A stretch of 64,000 bases of DNA from a virus. Taxonomy: Duplodnaviria > Caudoviricetes. The notes beneath the pieces were generated by a model. The model did not search any database, was not told the origin of the DNA, and saw nothing but the letters and a program-made list of their open reading frames with translations. The position numbers and the translations under genes are program-made. The stretch spans positions 699 to 64,698 of IMG/VR virus record IMGVR_UViG_3300028284_000006, one strand, 5' to 3'. Below are positions 8,797 through 16,777 of the stretch, in pieces (within the stretch, counting starts at the first letter, position 1; every line of letters begins with the position of its first letter).

Positions 8797-8994
8797 ATGA
8801 AAGCATTTATACAAAAAGAAATTTCGTTGATAAATTCAAACGAGAATCACTACGGTAGTGACGAGTCAATAGACAACCAAAACACAGTGTTTGACTATTT
8901 CATAGACAACAATATTGTTGACCAAGATTGGTTCGATGACAGGCTAAGATTTAGCGATGTAGAAAGATTAACAGCATTAATGAACTTAATATGA
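8797..8994 (+). CDS. Hypothetical early protein
   Basis: ORF track; AAAATTATG start. Confidence 0.6.
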   Translation: MKAFIQKEISLINSNENHYGSDESIDNQNTVFDYFIDNNIVDQDWFDDRLRFSDVERLTALMNLI

Positions 8995-9131
8995 TGGAGA
9001 AAACAATATCATACAAGAATCAGTACGGAAACTACAAGGTAGTGACACGTACATTTAAGGACGAAAAACATTTCGACAATTGGTACTACTTTATGAGTGG
9101 TAGAGGGTACAAAATTATATCAGTAAACTAA
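8991..9131 (+). CDS. Hypothetical early protein
   Basis: Read manually: MMEKTISYKNQYGNYKVVTRTFKDEKHFDNWY...; ATGA overlap with the upstream gene. Confidence 0.55.
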   Translation: MMEKTISYKNQYGNYKVVTRTFKDEKHFDNWYYFMSGRGYKIISVN

Positions 9132-9144
9132 AAAAACAAAAATT

Positions 9145-9366
9145 ATGGCAAGATTTATATTAGATGTTATGACGGATGATTGGATTAGGGTTCTCGATGT
9201 TATTGAGAGAGACAAATTTCTTTCAAGCGAGGTCACATCAATAAGATGTATTGACGAAACAAACGACAGTCAGTTTTATTCATGGGATAAAGACACGACA
9301 CCAATGATGAACGCATTAAGTGAAAAGCAATTAGAAAACGACAGAGAAATTCTGTCAAAATATTAG
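9145..9366 (+). CDS. Hypothetical early protein
   Basis: ORF track; AAAATTATG start. Confidence 0.6.
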   Translation: MARFILDVMTDDWIRVLDVIERDKFLSSEVTSIRCIDETNDSQFYSWDKDTTPMMNALSEKQLENDREILSKY

Positions 9367-9372
9367 AACATT

Positions 9373-9603
9373 ATGGACAAAAAAATATTAGTAAACGACA
9401 ATAATTTTACAGAGTGCGTAAATGAAATTGCTACACAAATTACAGAAACGTATTTCGGATTAGAAACTTGGGAAATTGAAGATGGACATAGGTCATTTAC
9501 ATTTACAGATGAAGCACAGTCTTTTTACAATGACAGTTTTAGTGAAATTGAATCATTAATTAACAACACGTTAAACGTGTGGAACAAAAAATCAGAATTA
9601 TGA
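9373..9603 (+). CDS. Hypothetical acidic early protein
   Basis: ORF track; operon packing. Confidence 0.6.
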   Translation: MDKKILVNDNNFTECVNEIATQITETYFGLETWEIEDGHRSFTFTDEAQSFYNDSFSEIESLINNTLNVWNKKSEL

Positions 9604-9737
9604 AAGTAAAAAATGAAAGCCTAACAAATAATTTAAAATTTTGGAGGGAAAGCCTAAAGAAAGCAATGATTAAAGGCGATTTAAATTATGCAATGCATTG
9701 CGACACCATTATTAATAAATTAAAACAAGAATTATGA
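9600..9737 (+). CDS. Hypothetical early protein
   Basis: Read manually: MKVKNESLTNNLKFWRESLKKAMIKGDL...; ATGA overlaps on both sides. Confidence 0.6.
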   Translation: MKVKNESLTNNLKFWRESLKKAMIKGDLNYAMHCDTIINKLKQEL

Positions 9738-10103
9738 GACAAGAAGTAAAAGACTACATTGAGGAAGGTAACGCAGTTGAGGTTGCTAGAGGTATATATG
9801 CTACGCAAGATAGTATGTACAGAAATAGATTGACTGAAAAGGATTTGGAGCAGTACATGATAGACGAGTATGGGCTTAGTGAGATTCAAAATAATAAAAT
9901 ATCTGACGATAAGTTAATGAAGTTAATCCCAAAAATGCCTAAAGGCTATGTTGGTAAAAATACAGGAATTAAAAAGTATACAATCTCAACACCTGATGGT
10001 AAAGATATAATTCTAACACAGAGTAAAGATAAGAAAAATTGGTCTTATGAACCATCTAATGTTGCATTAAAATTTTGGAGGGAAAGCCTAAAGAAAGCAA
10101 TGA
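9633..10103 (+). repeat. Exact 37-bp direct repeat (9633-9669 and 10067-10103)
   Basis: TTAAAATTTTGGAGGGAAAGCCTAAAGAAAGCAATGA occurs twice. Confidence 0.95.
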
Positions 10104-10282
10104 GTAAAAATTATTCATGGAATGAAGAAACCATAAGCTACTTTCAATTCACAAGTTCTTACATATCGGATGAAGACCTTTATGAAAAAATAAAAGAGTT
10201 CGTAGAAAATGACTGTGCAATAGAAGAGGGCGAGACTGAAGAAGATTTAGTAAATGACCTTTACAAAAAAATAAAATTATGA
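9734..10282 (+). CDS. Hypothetical early protein, probably a mosaic fusion
   Basis: 182 aa; contains the second copy of the 37-bp repeat. Confidence 0.6.
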   Translation: MRQEVKDYIEEGNAVEVARGIYATQDSMYRNRLTEKDLEQYMIDEYGLSEIQNNKISDDKLMKLIPKMPKGYVGKNTGIKKYTISTPDGKDIILTQSKDKKNWSYEPSNVALKFWRESLKKAMSKNYSWNEETISYFQFTSSYISDEDLYEKIKEFVENDCAIEEGETEEDLVNDLYKKIKL

Positions 10283-10677
10283 GAAAAGAGTACAATAATA
10301 GATATGGTGATGTATATACCTTCACCGAATTAGAAAATGGTAATATTCAATGGAGTGGTAATTTTGAATACACTCGATTTGGTTGGCCAAACGATTACAC
10401 CAAAGCTTGGGAGAAGTTTCAAGAAGAATATGGTGGGTTAGATTACGAAGAATTTTTAGGTAGTATTCATACCTATGATGAAGAAACAAACCAATATGTA
10501 TTTGCAGACCTTCTACCATTGGTTACTTCAAAAACTAATGTAATCAATATGGTAGACCCAAGTGGTGGCCCATATATTACGGAAGGAACTGATATGAAAA
10601 ATTTTGGATTAAAAGGAATAGTGAAAGAGTTTAAATCGAATAAAGATGGATATGAGATATTGGTTCAAAAAAAGTGA
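10279..10677 (+). CDS. Conserved hypothetical phage protein
   Basis: NRYGDVYTF and MVDPSGGPYI motifs. Confidence 0.65.
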   Translation: MRKEYNNRYGDVYTFTELENGNIQWSGNFEYTRFGWPNDYTKAWEKFQEEYGGLDYEEFLGSIHTYDEETNQYVFADLLPLVTSKTNVINMVDPSGGPYITEGTDMKNFGLKGIVKEFKSNKDGYEILVQKK

Positions 10678-10721
10678 GGTAGAACTTAGAAGTAATTGTA
10701 AAATCTGAAACTGAATAAATT

Positions 10722-11003
10722 ATGAAAGTACAAATTAGTCAAAGATATGTTTACCACAAAGTAGGTACAATAGAAATAGAAATAAATAAGGATGATTATG
10801 AAAAGTATGATAGCTTAGATGAATATTTAACAGAAAATGAGTATTTATGGGAGGAAAAAATAGACGAAGCAACATCAAATTCAGACCTTGAATTCGGTTT
10901 TGGTTTAGGATATTACGCTAATGAATACTACTTTAATGAGGAAGAAAGGGAAACTGAAACGCGTTACGATTGCAAAGAGTTACAAACAGGTGGGCATCTT
11001 TAA
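10722..11003 (+). CDS. Acidic hypothetical protein
   Basis: ORF track; ends GGHL. Confidence 0.6.
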   Translation: MKVQISQRYVYHKVGTIEIEINKDDYEKYDSLDEYLTENEYLWEEKIDEATSNSDLEFGFGLGYYANEYYFNEEERETETRYDCKELQTGGHL

Positions 11004-11015
11004 AAAATAAAAAAT

Positions 11016-11300
11016 ATGAAATCAGAACATAGTAATTTTTGGGGTATAGATGAAGCATCTATTGATAATTTATTAAAAGATGGAGAATTAGATTTAGGCA
11101 AGTGGTATTTTTATTACAACGATACCATGAAAGAATGGGAGGCTACAATGAGCGGTACATATACTCATGTATTTAAAAATATAGATGACTTATTGCAAAG
11201 AAAGAATGAAGTTGATTTTTACGAACACAATCAAGAACTTAGCGACAATAGAGGAGAAGAAGTGATAACGAATTCTAAAGGTCAAAAAAGAATATATTAA
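11016..11300 (+). CDS. Hypothetical early protein
   Basis: ORF track; A-rich leader. Confidence 0.6.
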   Translation: MKSEHSNFWGIDEASIDNLLKDGELDLGKWYFYYNDTMKEWEATMSGTYTHVFKNIDDLLQRKNEVDFYEHNQELSDNRGEEVITNSKGQKRIY

Positions 11301-11314
11301 CTAAAAAAAAAGAT

Positions 11315-11989
11315 ATGAGAATATTAGTAGCGTGTGAGGAAAGTCAATCCATCACAAAAGAATTAAGAGAGTTGGGTCACGAAGCATTTAGTTGTGACCT
11401 ATTACCTTGTAGCGGTGGACACCCCGAGTGGCACTACCAACAAGATGTTTTTGAAGTAATAGACAAAGGTTGGGACATGATGATAGCACACCCTCCATGC
11501 ACATACTTAGCTGTAAGCGGTGCGAGGTGGATGTACCATCCCGATGACAAGGATTTACCTACAGACGAAAGGAGGCCACATCCAAAGCATTTAGATAGAA
11601 AAAAATTACAGGATGATGCTTTGGATTTTGTTCAAAGACTCATGGATGCACCTATAGATAGGATAGCGATAGAGAATCCTGTATCTGTGATTAGCAGTAG
11701 GATCAAAAAACCAAACCAAATTGTTCATCCGTATATGTTCGGAGATAAGGCAAGTAAGGGTACTTGTTTATGGCTAAAGAACTTGCCAAAATTAGTGCCT
11801 ACTGATTTAGTAGACAAGGGAGAGTTCTTTGAATTCACGAGCAAGAAAGGTGTGAAGAAGAGACAACCAATGTGGTATTACAAGGCTTTAAGTAAAGCAA
11901 AAACACCATCAGAAAGAAGAACATTAAGAAGTAAAACGTTCCAAGGTATGGCAAAAGCAATGGCTAATCAATGGACAAAAAATCAATAG
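11315..11989 (+). CDS. C5 cytosine DNA methyltransferase-like protein (short phage type)
   Basis: ILVACEESQ (variant motif I), AHPPCTYL (catalytic PC), IENPV, and C-terminal RSKTFQGMAKAMANQW. Confidence 0.8.
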   Translation: MRILVACEESQSITKELRELGHEAFSCDLLPCSGGHPEWHYQQDVFEVIDKGWDMMIAHPPCTYLAVSGARWMYHPDDKDLPTDERRPHPKHLDRKKLQDDALDFVQRLMDAPIDRIAIENPVSVISSRIKKPNQIVHPYMFGDKASKGTCLWLKNLPKLVPTDLVDKGEFFEFTSKKGVKKRQPMWYYKALSKAKTPSERRTLRSKTFQGMAKAMANQWTKNQ

Positions 11990-11991
11990 AA

Positions 11992-12264
11992 ATTATGGGA
12001 GCAACAAGTATTCATTACACGGCAAGTAAAAAACATTACAAGTCATCAAAAGAGGCTTATCAAGGCCTAAGACAAGAAGAACTATACGAGCATGGACATG
12101 ACCCATACAGCGGTACGATCGCAACGTGTACATTAGAGGGTAAAATATCAGAACCTAAGAATGAAGACGAGTATGAGGAAGCATTGGACAGAATACACAA
12201 AAGGGAGTGTAAGTATTACGAGACAGACAAGGAGTATGTGTTCATTGGATGGGCAAGTTGTTAG
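11992..12264 (+). CDS. Hypothetical early protein
   Basis: Likely start MGATS; HGHDPYSGTIAT and YVFIGWASC motifs. Confidence 0.6.
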   Translation: MMGATSIHYTASKKHYKSSKEAYQGLRQEELYEHGHDPYSGTIATCTLEGKISEPKNEDEYEEALDRIHKRECKYYETDKEYVFIGWASC

Positions 12265-12270
12265 ATAAAT

Positions 12271-12507
12271 ATGGAAATAAAACACGTAGCATTGACTTGG
12301 ACAACCGATGATGTCCGCAATGCATTAAAGCACAGAACAAGTAAGGAGATTTTAGAGTTTGAAAAAGAAACAGGATCTTCAGATAATGACTTAGCCAATT
12401 GGTTAGATTGTATGTTTGATGATAATCAAAATGAAATTTGTAGTTTTATTAATGAACTTATTGATGATGCAATTACAATCACTACTTACAAATGCAGACA
12501 AGTATAA
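12271..12507 (+). CDS. Hypothetical protein
   Basis: ORF track; WTTDDV motif resembles WSVDDI in the ORF at 13222. Confidence 0.55.
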   Translation: MEIKHVALTWTTDDVRNALKHRTSKEILEFEKETGSSDNDLANWLDCMFDDNQNEICSFINELIDDAITITTYKCRQV

Positions 12508-12523
12508 GAAAAACAAAAGAAAA

Positions 12524-13111
12524 ATGACAAAAAAAACAAAAACAACTAACAAACCAGCTTCAAATGAAGCCCAATCTCTAGGGGAAGCTCCAGCACCGGA
12601 CAACAGTTCAAAAATTAACCACCAACAAATGCTAAGTGATGCCTATTGGCAAATCATTGAAAGTCTCGAATGGGGGAAGGATGGAGATTACAAACGAACT
12701 CAAAATGAGTTTAGACGAATGAAAATATCTGGATTAGAAAAATCCATTATTGCAGACTTCGTTAGAGAAAAAGTAAGAGAATTAAATGTAGATTTTAAAC
12801 AACATTGGTTAGCAAATGACTTCGGATGGGTATCCGATGACAGTTGGTGGGATTTACGAGCAGAGGTTGTTGGTCGAGGAAAAGAATTTTACGAGAACAT
12901 CTCAGTTTATAAATTAGGTGAAATGGCAGCAAACCTAGACTACAGAGAAAACTTTCAGTATACATTCTCAGATTTTCAACCACTAAATCATTCTAATGGT
13001 TCGCGTGGTAAACTTACCGATGGTGTCTATTCCAAGCTGTACAATGGTAAAGTATCTAAGGTTGTAGCAGTAAACTACAATAACAAAACCTTTAACACCA
13101 AAAAGAGTTAG
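12524..13111 (+). CDS. DUF4240-like protein
   Basis: YWQIIE and SDDSWWDLRAEVVGRGKEFYE motifs; likely start MTKKTK. Confidence 0.6.
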   Translation: MTKKTKTTNKPASNEAQSLGEAPAPDNSSKINHQQMLSDAYWQIIESLEWGKDGDYKRTQNEFRRMKISGLEKSIIADFVREKVRELNVDFKQHWLANDFGWVSDDSWWDLRAEVVGRGKEFYENISVYKLGEMAANLDYRENFQYTFSDFQPLNHSNGSRGKLTDGVYSKLYNGKVSKVVAVNYNNKTFNTKKS

Positions 13112-13221
13112 TAAATTGCACTAAATTAAAATATAAATTATGAAAACAATATTATCAATAGTGCTGTGGATAGCTGTAGCGAGAGTATTCATGTGGTTAG
13201 GAACTAAAATATTTAAAGACA

Positions 13222-13440
13222 ATGACTAAGACAGAGCAAGCAAAGGTGTTACTACACCAAAACGGATATTACATCGACAACCTGTGGAGTGTTGATGACA
13301 TACAACAGAACTTTTACTGCACAGAACACGAGGCGTTCGAGGTATTGGAGGATGTTTTCAACAGCGACTACATCAACGAAGCGATTGCTGGAGAGTTAGT
13401 GAGAGTGGCAGAGGAACGTGATTTAAGACTTAGGGACTGA
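13222..13440 (+). CDS. Hypothetical protein
   Basis: GYYIDNLWSVDDI motif. Confidence 0.6.
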   Translation: MTKTEQAKVLLHQNGYYIDNLWSVDDIQQNFYCTEHEAFEVLEDVFNSDYINEAIAGELVRVAEERDLRLRD

Positions 13441-13459
13441 TGACAGACAAGGAGAAGGA

Positions 13460-13539
13460 ATGAACCGAAAGATGAACCGTAAAAATAGTTGTTTGTAAGG
13501 GTTTTCTATAAAAATGAACCGTAAAATGAACCGTAAAAA
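13460..13539 (+). repeat. Four ATGAACCG(T/A)AA repeats in two tandem pairs
   Basis: Copies at 13460, 13472, 13514 and 13526. Confidence 0.85.
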
Positions 13540-13543
13540 GAAT

Positions 13544-14203
13544 ATGAATATTTTAGAATTATTTAGTGGAAGCAGAAGCATAGGAAAGGTAGGGTCTGAT
13601 AGGAGTCATAATGTATTTTCATCAGACTTTCATGACTTTAAAGACACGGATTACGTTGTAGATATATTGGAGTTTGATATAAGTAAAGTTCCTTTTATAC
13701 CCGACATGATATGGGCAAGCCCACCTTGTGAGTCATTTAGTGTGGCCTCTATTGGTAGGCATTGGATAAAGGGAGAGGTGTTCAGTCCTAAGACAGAAAA
13801 CGCAAAGCAAGGTGTTAAGATCCTAATGAAGACAATGGAGATTATACAGAAATTCAAGGAAATTAATCCCAACCTTATATGGTACGTAGAAAACCCGAGA
13901 GGTAAGATGAGGAAGTCTCCTCACTGGGCCAATGTAGAGCATAAATTAAACACCGTAACGTATTGTCAGTATGGAGACGATAGAATGAAGCCAACAGATA
14001 TTTGGAACAACAACAGCAATTGGTCTTCAAGGGATATGTGTAAGAACGGAATGCCATGCCATATATCAGCGCCCAGGGGTTCATCAACAGGGACACAAGG
14101 TAGGTCATCTTACTATGACAGAAGTAAAATACCTCAACAATTATGTGAGGAAATCATTAAATCAACAGAGAAAAATTTTGGTCAGACCAATTATAATCAG
14201 TAA
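13544..14203 (+). CDS. C5 cytosine DNA methyltransferase-like protein
   Basis: ILELFSGSRS (motif I), WASPPCESFS (motif IV), YVENPRG (motif VI), YCQYGDDRMKPTDIW. Confidence 0.85.
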   Translation: MNILELFSGSRSIGKVGSDRSHNVFSSDFHDFKDTDYVVDILEFDISKVPFIPDMIWASPPCESFSVASIGRHWIKGEVFSPKTENAKQGVKILMKTMEIIQKFKEINPNLIWYVENPRGKMRKSPHWANVEHKLNTVTYCQYGDDRMKPTDIWNNNSNWSSRDMCKNGMPCHISAPRGSSTGTQGRSSYYDRSKIPQQLCEEIIKSTEKNFGQTNYNQ

Positions 14204-14216
14204 ATTTGTTAACGAT

Positions 14217-14441
14217 ATGGAAAACTACATTAAAGATTTTACGCAATGGTTGAGAAGTGTGAACGATGACTTTTTAGGTTGTTCACTCTCAACAAAGAAT
14301 GACATGACTGCCTTCATGAAGGAGGTAAATGAGATGGATGTTGATCCATTGGTGCTAGACAGGTTCTTGCATGATGGGTTTGACACTAATATGAAGACAT
14401 TTAAAATGTACTTAAAGATATACTATGCACAACAAAAGTAG
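14217..14441 (+). CDS. Hypothetical protein
   Basis: ATG at 14217, just after a TAAATTTG element at 14201. Confidence 0.55.
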   Translation: MENYIKDFTQWLRSVNDDFLGCSLSTKNDMTAFMKEVNEMDVDPLVLDRFLHDGFDTNMKTFKMYLKIYYAQQK

Positions 14442-14601
14442 GAACTACACGAAACAGACACCTTGGAAAAACAAGATAGGTGTATTTAAGGCTCATGGTG
14501 GATGGATTGTAAGGGTTTGGGAAGACGGATACATGAAGACAATAAGTAGGCACAGTACAGAGAAGGAGGCATTAATTAAATTTAACGAAAAGAATGGATA
14601 G
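14425..14601 (+). CDS. Hypothetical protein
   Basis: Read manually, 58 aa: ...IGVFKAHGGWIVRVWEDGYMKTISRHSTEKEAL, weakly AP2-like. Confidence 0.45.
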   Translation: MHNKSRNYTKQTPWKNKIGVFKAHGGWIVRVWEDGYMKTISRHSTEKEALIKFNEKNG

Positions 14602-14817
14602 GTGTAAGTATTTTTTAGACAACAAACTTAATTGTATAACAGGTTGGAAAAGTGAAAGGACTAACCCTAGACGAAAAAAGAACCAAGATAAAATATTATT
14701 AACAGAAGAAGACAATGAGTAGTAAGGAACACTTTAACGAGTGGATGAAACAAATTAAAAATATATACTACTCTGATCACCATCAGATGACAGAGGCGTA
14801 TAAAAAAATCCAAGAAA

Positions 14818-15246
14818 ATGATAAATCAGTTAGTAGAATTAAAAGTATTATTAGACAGAGAACCGAGAACCAACAGGAGAGATTGGAATAAGGTTGTAGG
14901 AAAAGAACTATCAGACCTTTTAGTTAAGGAAGGTTATGTAAAAAAGATTGGCATCACTAAGGGTGTAAAATGGTTCTGGAATGCTGAGAACCCATCCTAT
15001 GAAATGGTTAACACCTTAACTCAATCACTAACTCCTCAAGAAGAACCAAATTTTTTAGAAATATTCAATGACACAGATGAAACAACTTTCGTTGATGTTC
15101 TAAGATCTAGAAAAATAAGTTTAAGTATTGGCAACGGTGTTAAGATTTTTTTCGGTGACGACTCTATGATTGTAAGAAGGGGAGAGAAGGAGATGATTGT
15201 CAAAACTCCAGGAGAATTTAGTAATTTACTTAATTTTTTGACATAA
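14818..15246 (+). CDS. Hypothetical protein
   Basis: 142-aa ORF ending at the start of box array R. Confidence 0.6.
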   Translation: MINQLVELKVLLDREPRTNRRDWNKVVGKELSDLLVKEGYVKKIGITKGVKWFWNAENPSYEMVNTLTQSLTPQEEPNFLEIFNDTDETTFVDVLRSRKISLSIGNGVKIFFGDDSMIVRRGEKEMIVKTPGEFSNLLNFLT

Positions 15247-15331
15247 GTCGACACCAAAAGAAAAAGTCGACACGGTATCGACACGTATCTAGCCCTTACT
15301 ACTACTAGAATTGTGTCGAGGTGTCGACTTT
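15245..15331. repeat. TCGACAC/GTGTCGA box array R (inverted copy of 7039-7125)
   Basis: Boxes at 15247, 15266, 15277, 15313 and 15321; the reverse complement aligns without gaps to array L. Confidence 0.9.
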
Positions 15332-15366
15332 ATACCTTAATTTTAAGAAAAAATAAAATATATTAT

Positions 15367-15567
15367 ATGACAAAATATAAAGGAGTATATAAAGGAAGAA
15401 ACAGGAACGGTAAACGTTATTGGATAGGAAGGTTTACAAAAGATAAAGTAACACACAATTATGGTATGTACGAGACCGAAAGAGAGTGCGCTGTGGCTCA
15501 TGACATCTATGTGTTGAAGAAAGGAATTGACAGGCGAACTAATATTTTAAAGAAAAAACTTGTTTAG
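15367..15567 (+). CDS. Stand-alone AP2-domain DNA-binding protein
   Basis: KYKGVY...KRYWIGRF...YGMYETERECAVAHD matches the AP2 consensus YRGV..W.A.I..LG.F.T.EEAA.AYD. Confidence 0.75.
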   Translation: MTKYKGVYKGRNRNGKRYWIGRFTKDKVTHNYGMYETERECAVAHDIYVLKKGIDRRTNILKKKLV

Positions 15568-15582
15568 TAATAATAAATAACA

Positions 15583-15590
15583 TAGATTTG
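15583..15590 (+). promoter_or_regulatory. Bacteroidota -7 element of the replication operon
   Basis: TAGATTTG with TTG 20 nt upstream; ATG at 15595. Confidence 0.55.
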
Positions 15591-15594
15591 TACC

Positions 15595-15711
15595 ATGGGA
15601 AAAATGAAAGAAACACTAGAGAATAACTTAAACTATATTGATTATATAGATTTTATGATTAACTTTCAAGAACAATTGATGTATGCTAGAGATTTGGGAA
15701 CAAGCGAATAA
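15595..15711 (+). CDS. Small hypothetical protein
   Basis: Read manually: MGKMKETLENNLNYIDYIDF..., 38 aa. Confidence 0.5.
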   Translation: MGKMKETLENNLNYIDYIDFMINFQEQLMYARDLGTSE

Positions 15712-15712
15712 T

Positions 15713-16039
15713 ATGTTTAAGTCTGTAAAGATTGACAACGCAGTCATCTACAAAGGTGTTAAGGTTGTTAAAGATGATGATGGTATTAGAGTATACTCAA
15801 CAGAAACAGATTTCTACACAGACATGACTTATTCTTTTGTTATTGGAACATTTGAAGAAAGTTTGATTGCTTACCTAAAGAGGAAGTACATGAACAAGCT
15901 TTCGGTTATAGAAGATAGTATACAGAAGGAGATAAATGGTAAAAGGAATCACAAAAGATACAACTACCTAAAGAAATTAAGAGAAACCTACTTAAATAAA
16001 TACAATGAAATCAATACTAAAGAAATTACAGGAAGATAA
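15713..16039 (+). CDS. Hypothetical protein
   Basis: Likely start MFKSVK. Confidence 0.6.
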   Translation: MFKSVKIDNAVIYKGVKVVKDDDGIRVYSTETDFYTDMTYSFVIGTFEESLIAYLKRKYMNKLSVIEDSIQKEINGKRNHKRYNYLKKLRETYLNKYNEINTKEITGR

Positions 16040-16727
16040 GCACTACTACGGTGCCTACGGCAAGAAATATTTATCAAACTCGAACATTGGTGTGTTACTA
16101 ACCAATCCAAGAGACTTTGGTAAGCCAGGTAGAGAAACTTTACCAATGGTACAGGGTAGGTATTTCCATGTGTCTATGATTGAAGAGCATAAGAAGGATG
16201 ATTTCGAGATAGTTGACGCATCAACAAGGAACACAAAGTTTTACAAAGAACAAGCACAAGGAAAATTGTTATTGCTAAGGAAAGAAGCAGATCAATTGGA
16301 CAGAGCGATTAACGAGATGAAGAACAATGAAGAGTTTGCATCTGAGATATACGCTGAAGGGACTCAGTACGAGGTTCCTATGATTGGAGAGTTCTTCGGT
16401 GTTGAGTTCAAAGGTAAGGCTGACATTATAACTAAGGATAAGATTATAGACATCAAAACATCATCATCTATTGCTAAGTTTAGAACGAGTGCAAGGATGT
16501 ACAACTACGATAGTCAAGCATACATATACAGTTCAATGTTTAACCTACCATTTGAATTCTTTGTGATTGACAAGGAAAGTTTACAGATGAAGAGATTCAC
16601 GTGTAGTGATGAGTTCCTGGAAAGAGGTAGAGATAAAGTATTGAAAGCAGTACAAGTATACAAGAGATTTTTCACTGAAGCTTCTACGGAAGATGTGATG
16701 AATTATGTAGCAAACGAAATATTATAA
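16005..16727 (+). CDS. PD-(D/E)XK exonuclease (RecE/ExoVIII, DUF3799-like)
   Basis: YLSNS, GRYFH, YEVP, KGKADI, IIDIKTS, YDSQAYIY motifs. Confidence 0.85.
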   Translation: MKSILKKLQEDKHYYGAYGKKYLSNSNIGVLLTNPRDFGKPGRETLPMVQGRYFHVSMIEEHKKDDFEIVDASTRNTKFYKEQAQGKLLLLRKEADQLDRAINEMKNNEEFASEIYAEGTQYEVPMIGEFFGVEFKGKADIITKDKIIDIKTSSSIAKFRTSARMYNYDSQAYIYSSMFNLPFEFFVIDKESLQMKRFTCSDEFLERGRDKVLKAVQVYKRFFTEASTEDVMNYVANEIL

Positions 16728-16729
16728 TA

Positions 16730-16757
16730 GCCCAAGCGCTTCGGGCAAGAGAAGCGT
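16730..16757 (+). promoter_or_regulatory. Predicted H-type RNA pseudoknot in the SSB leader
   Basis: GCCC-AA-GCGCTTC-GGGC-AAGA-GAAGCGT: two interleaved stems. Confidence 0.65.
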
Positions 16758-16777
16758 AACTTAAATATTTTTTTATT

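Noticed and set aside
7039-15331. Transposon or IS with terminal inverted repeats
   Set aside because: No transposase or recombinase inside or nearby, no target duplication seen, and the enclosed genes are ordinary early genes.
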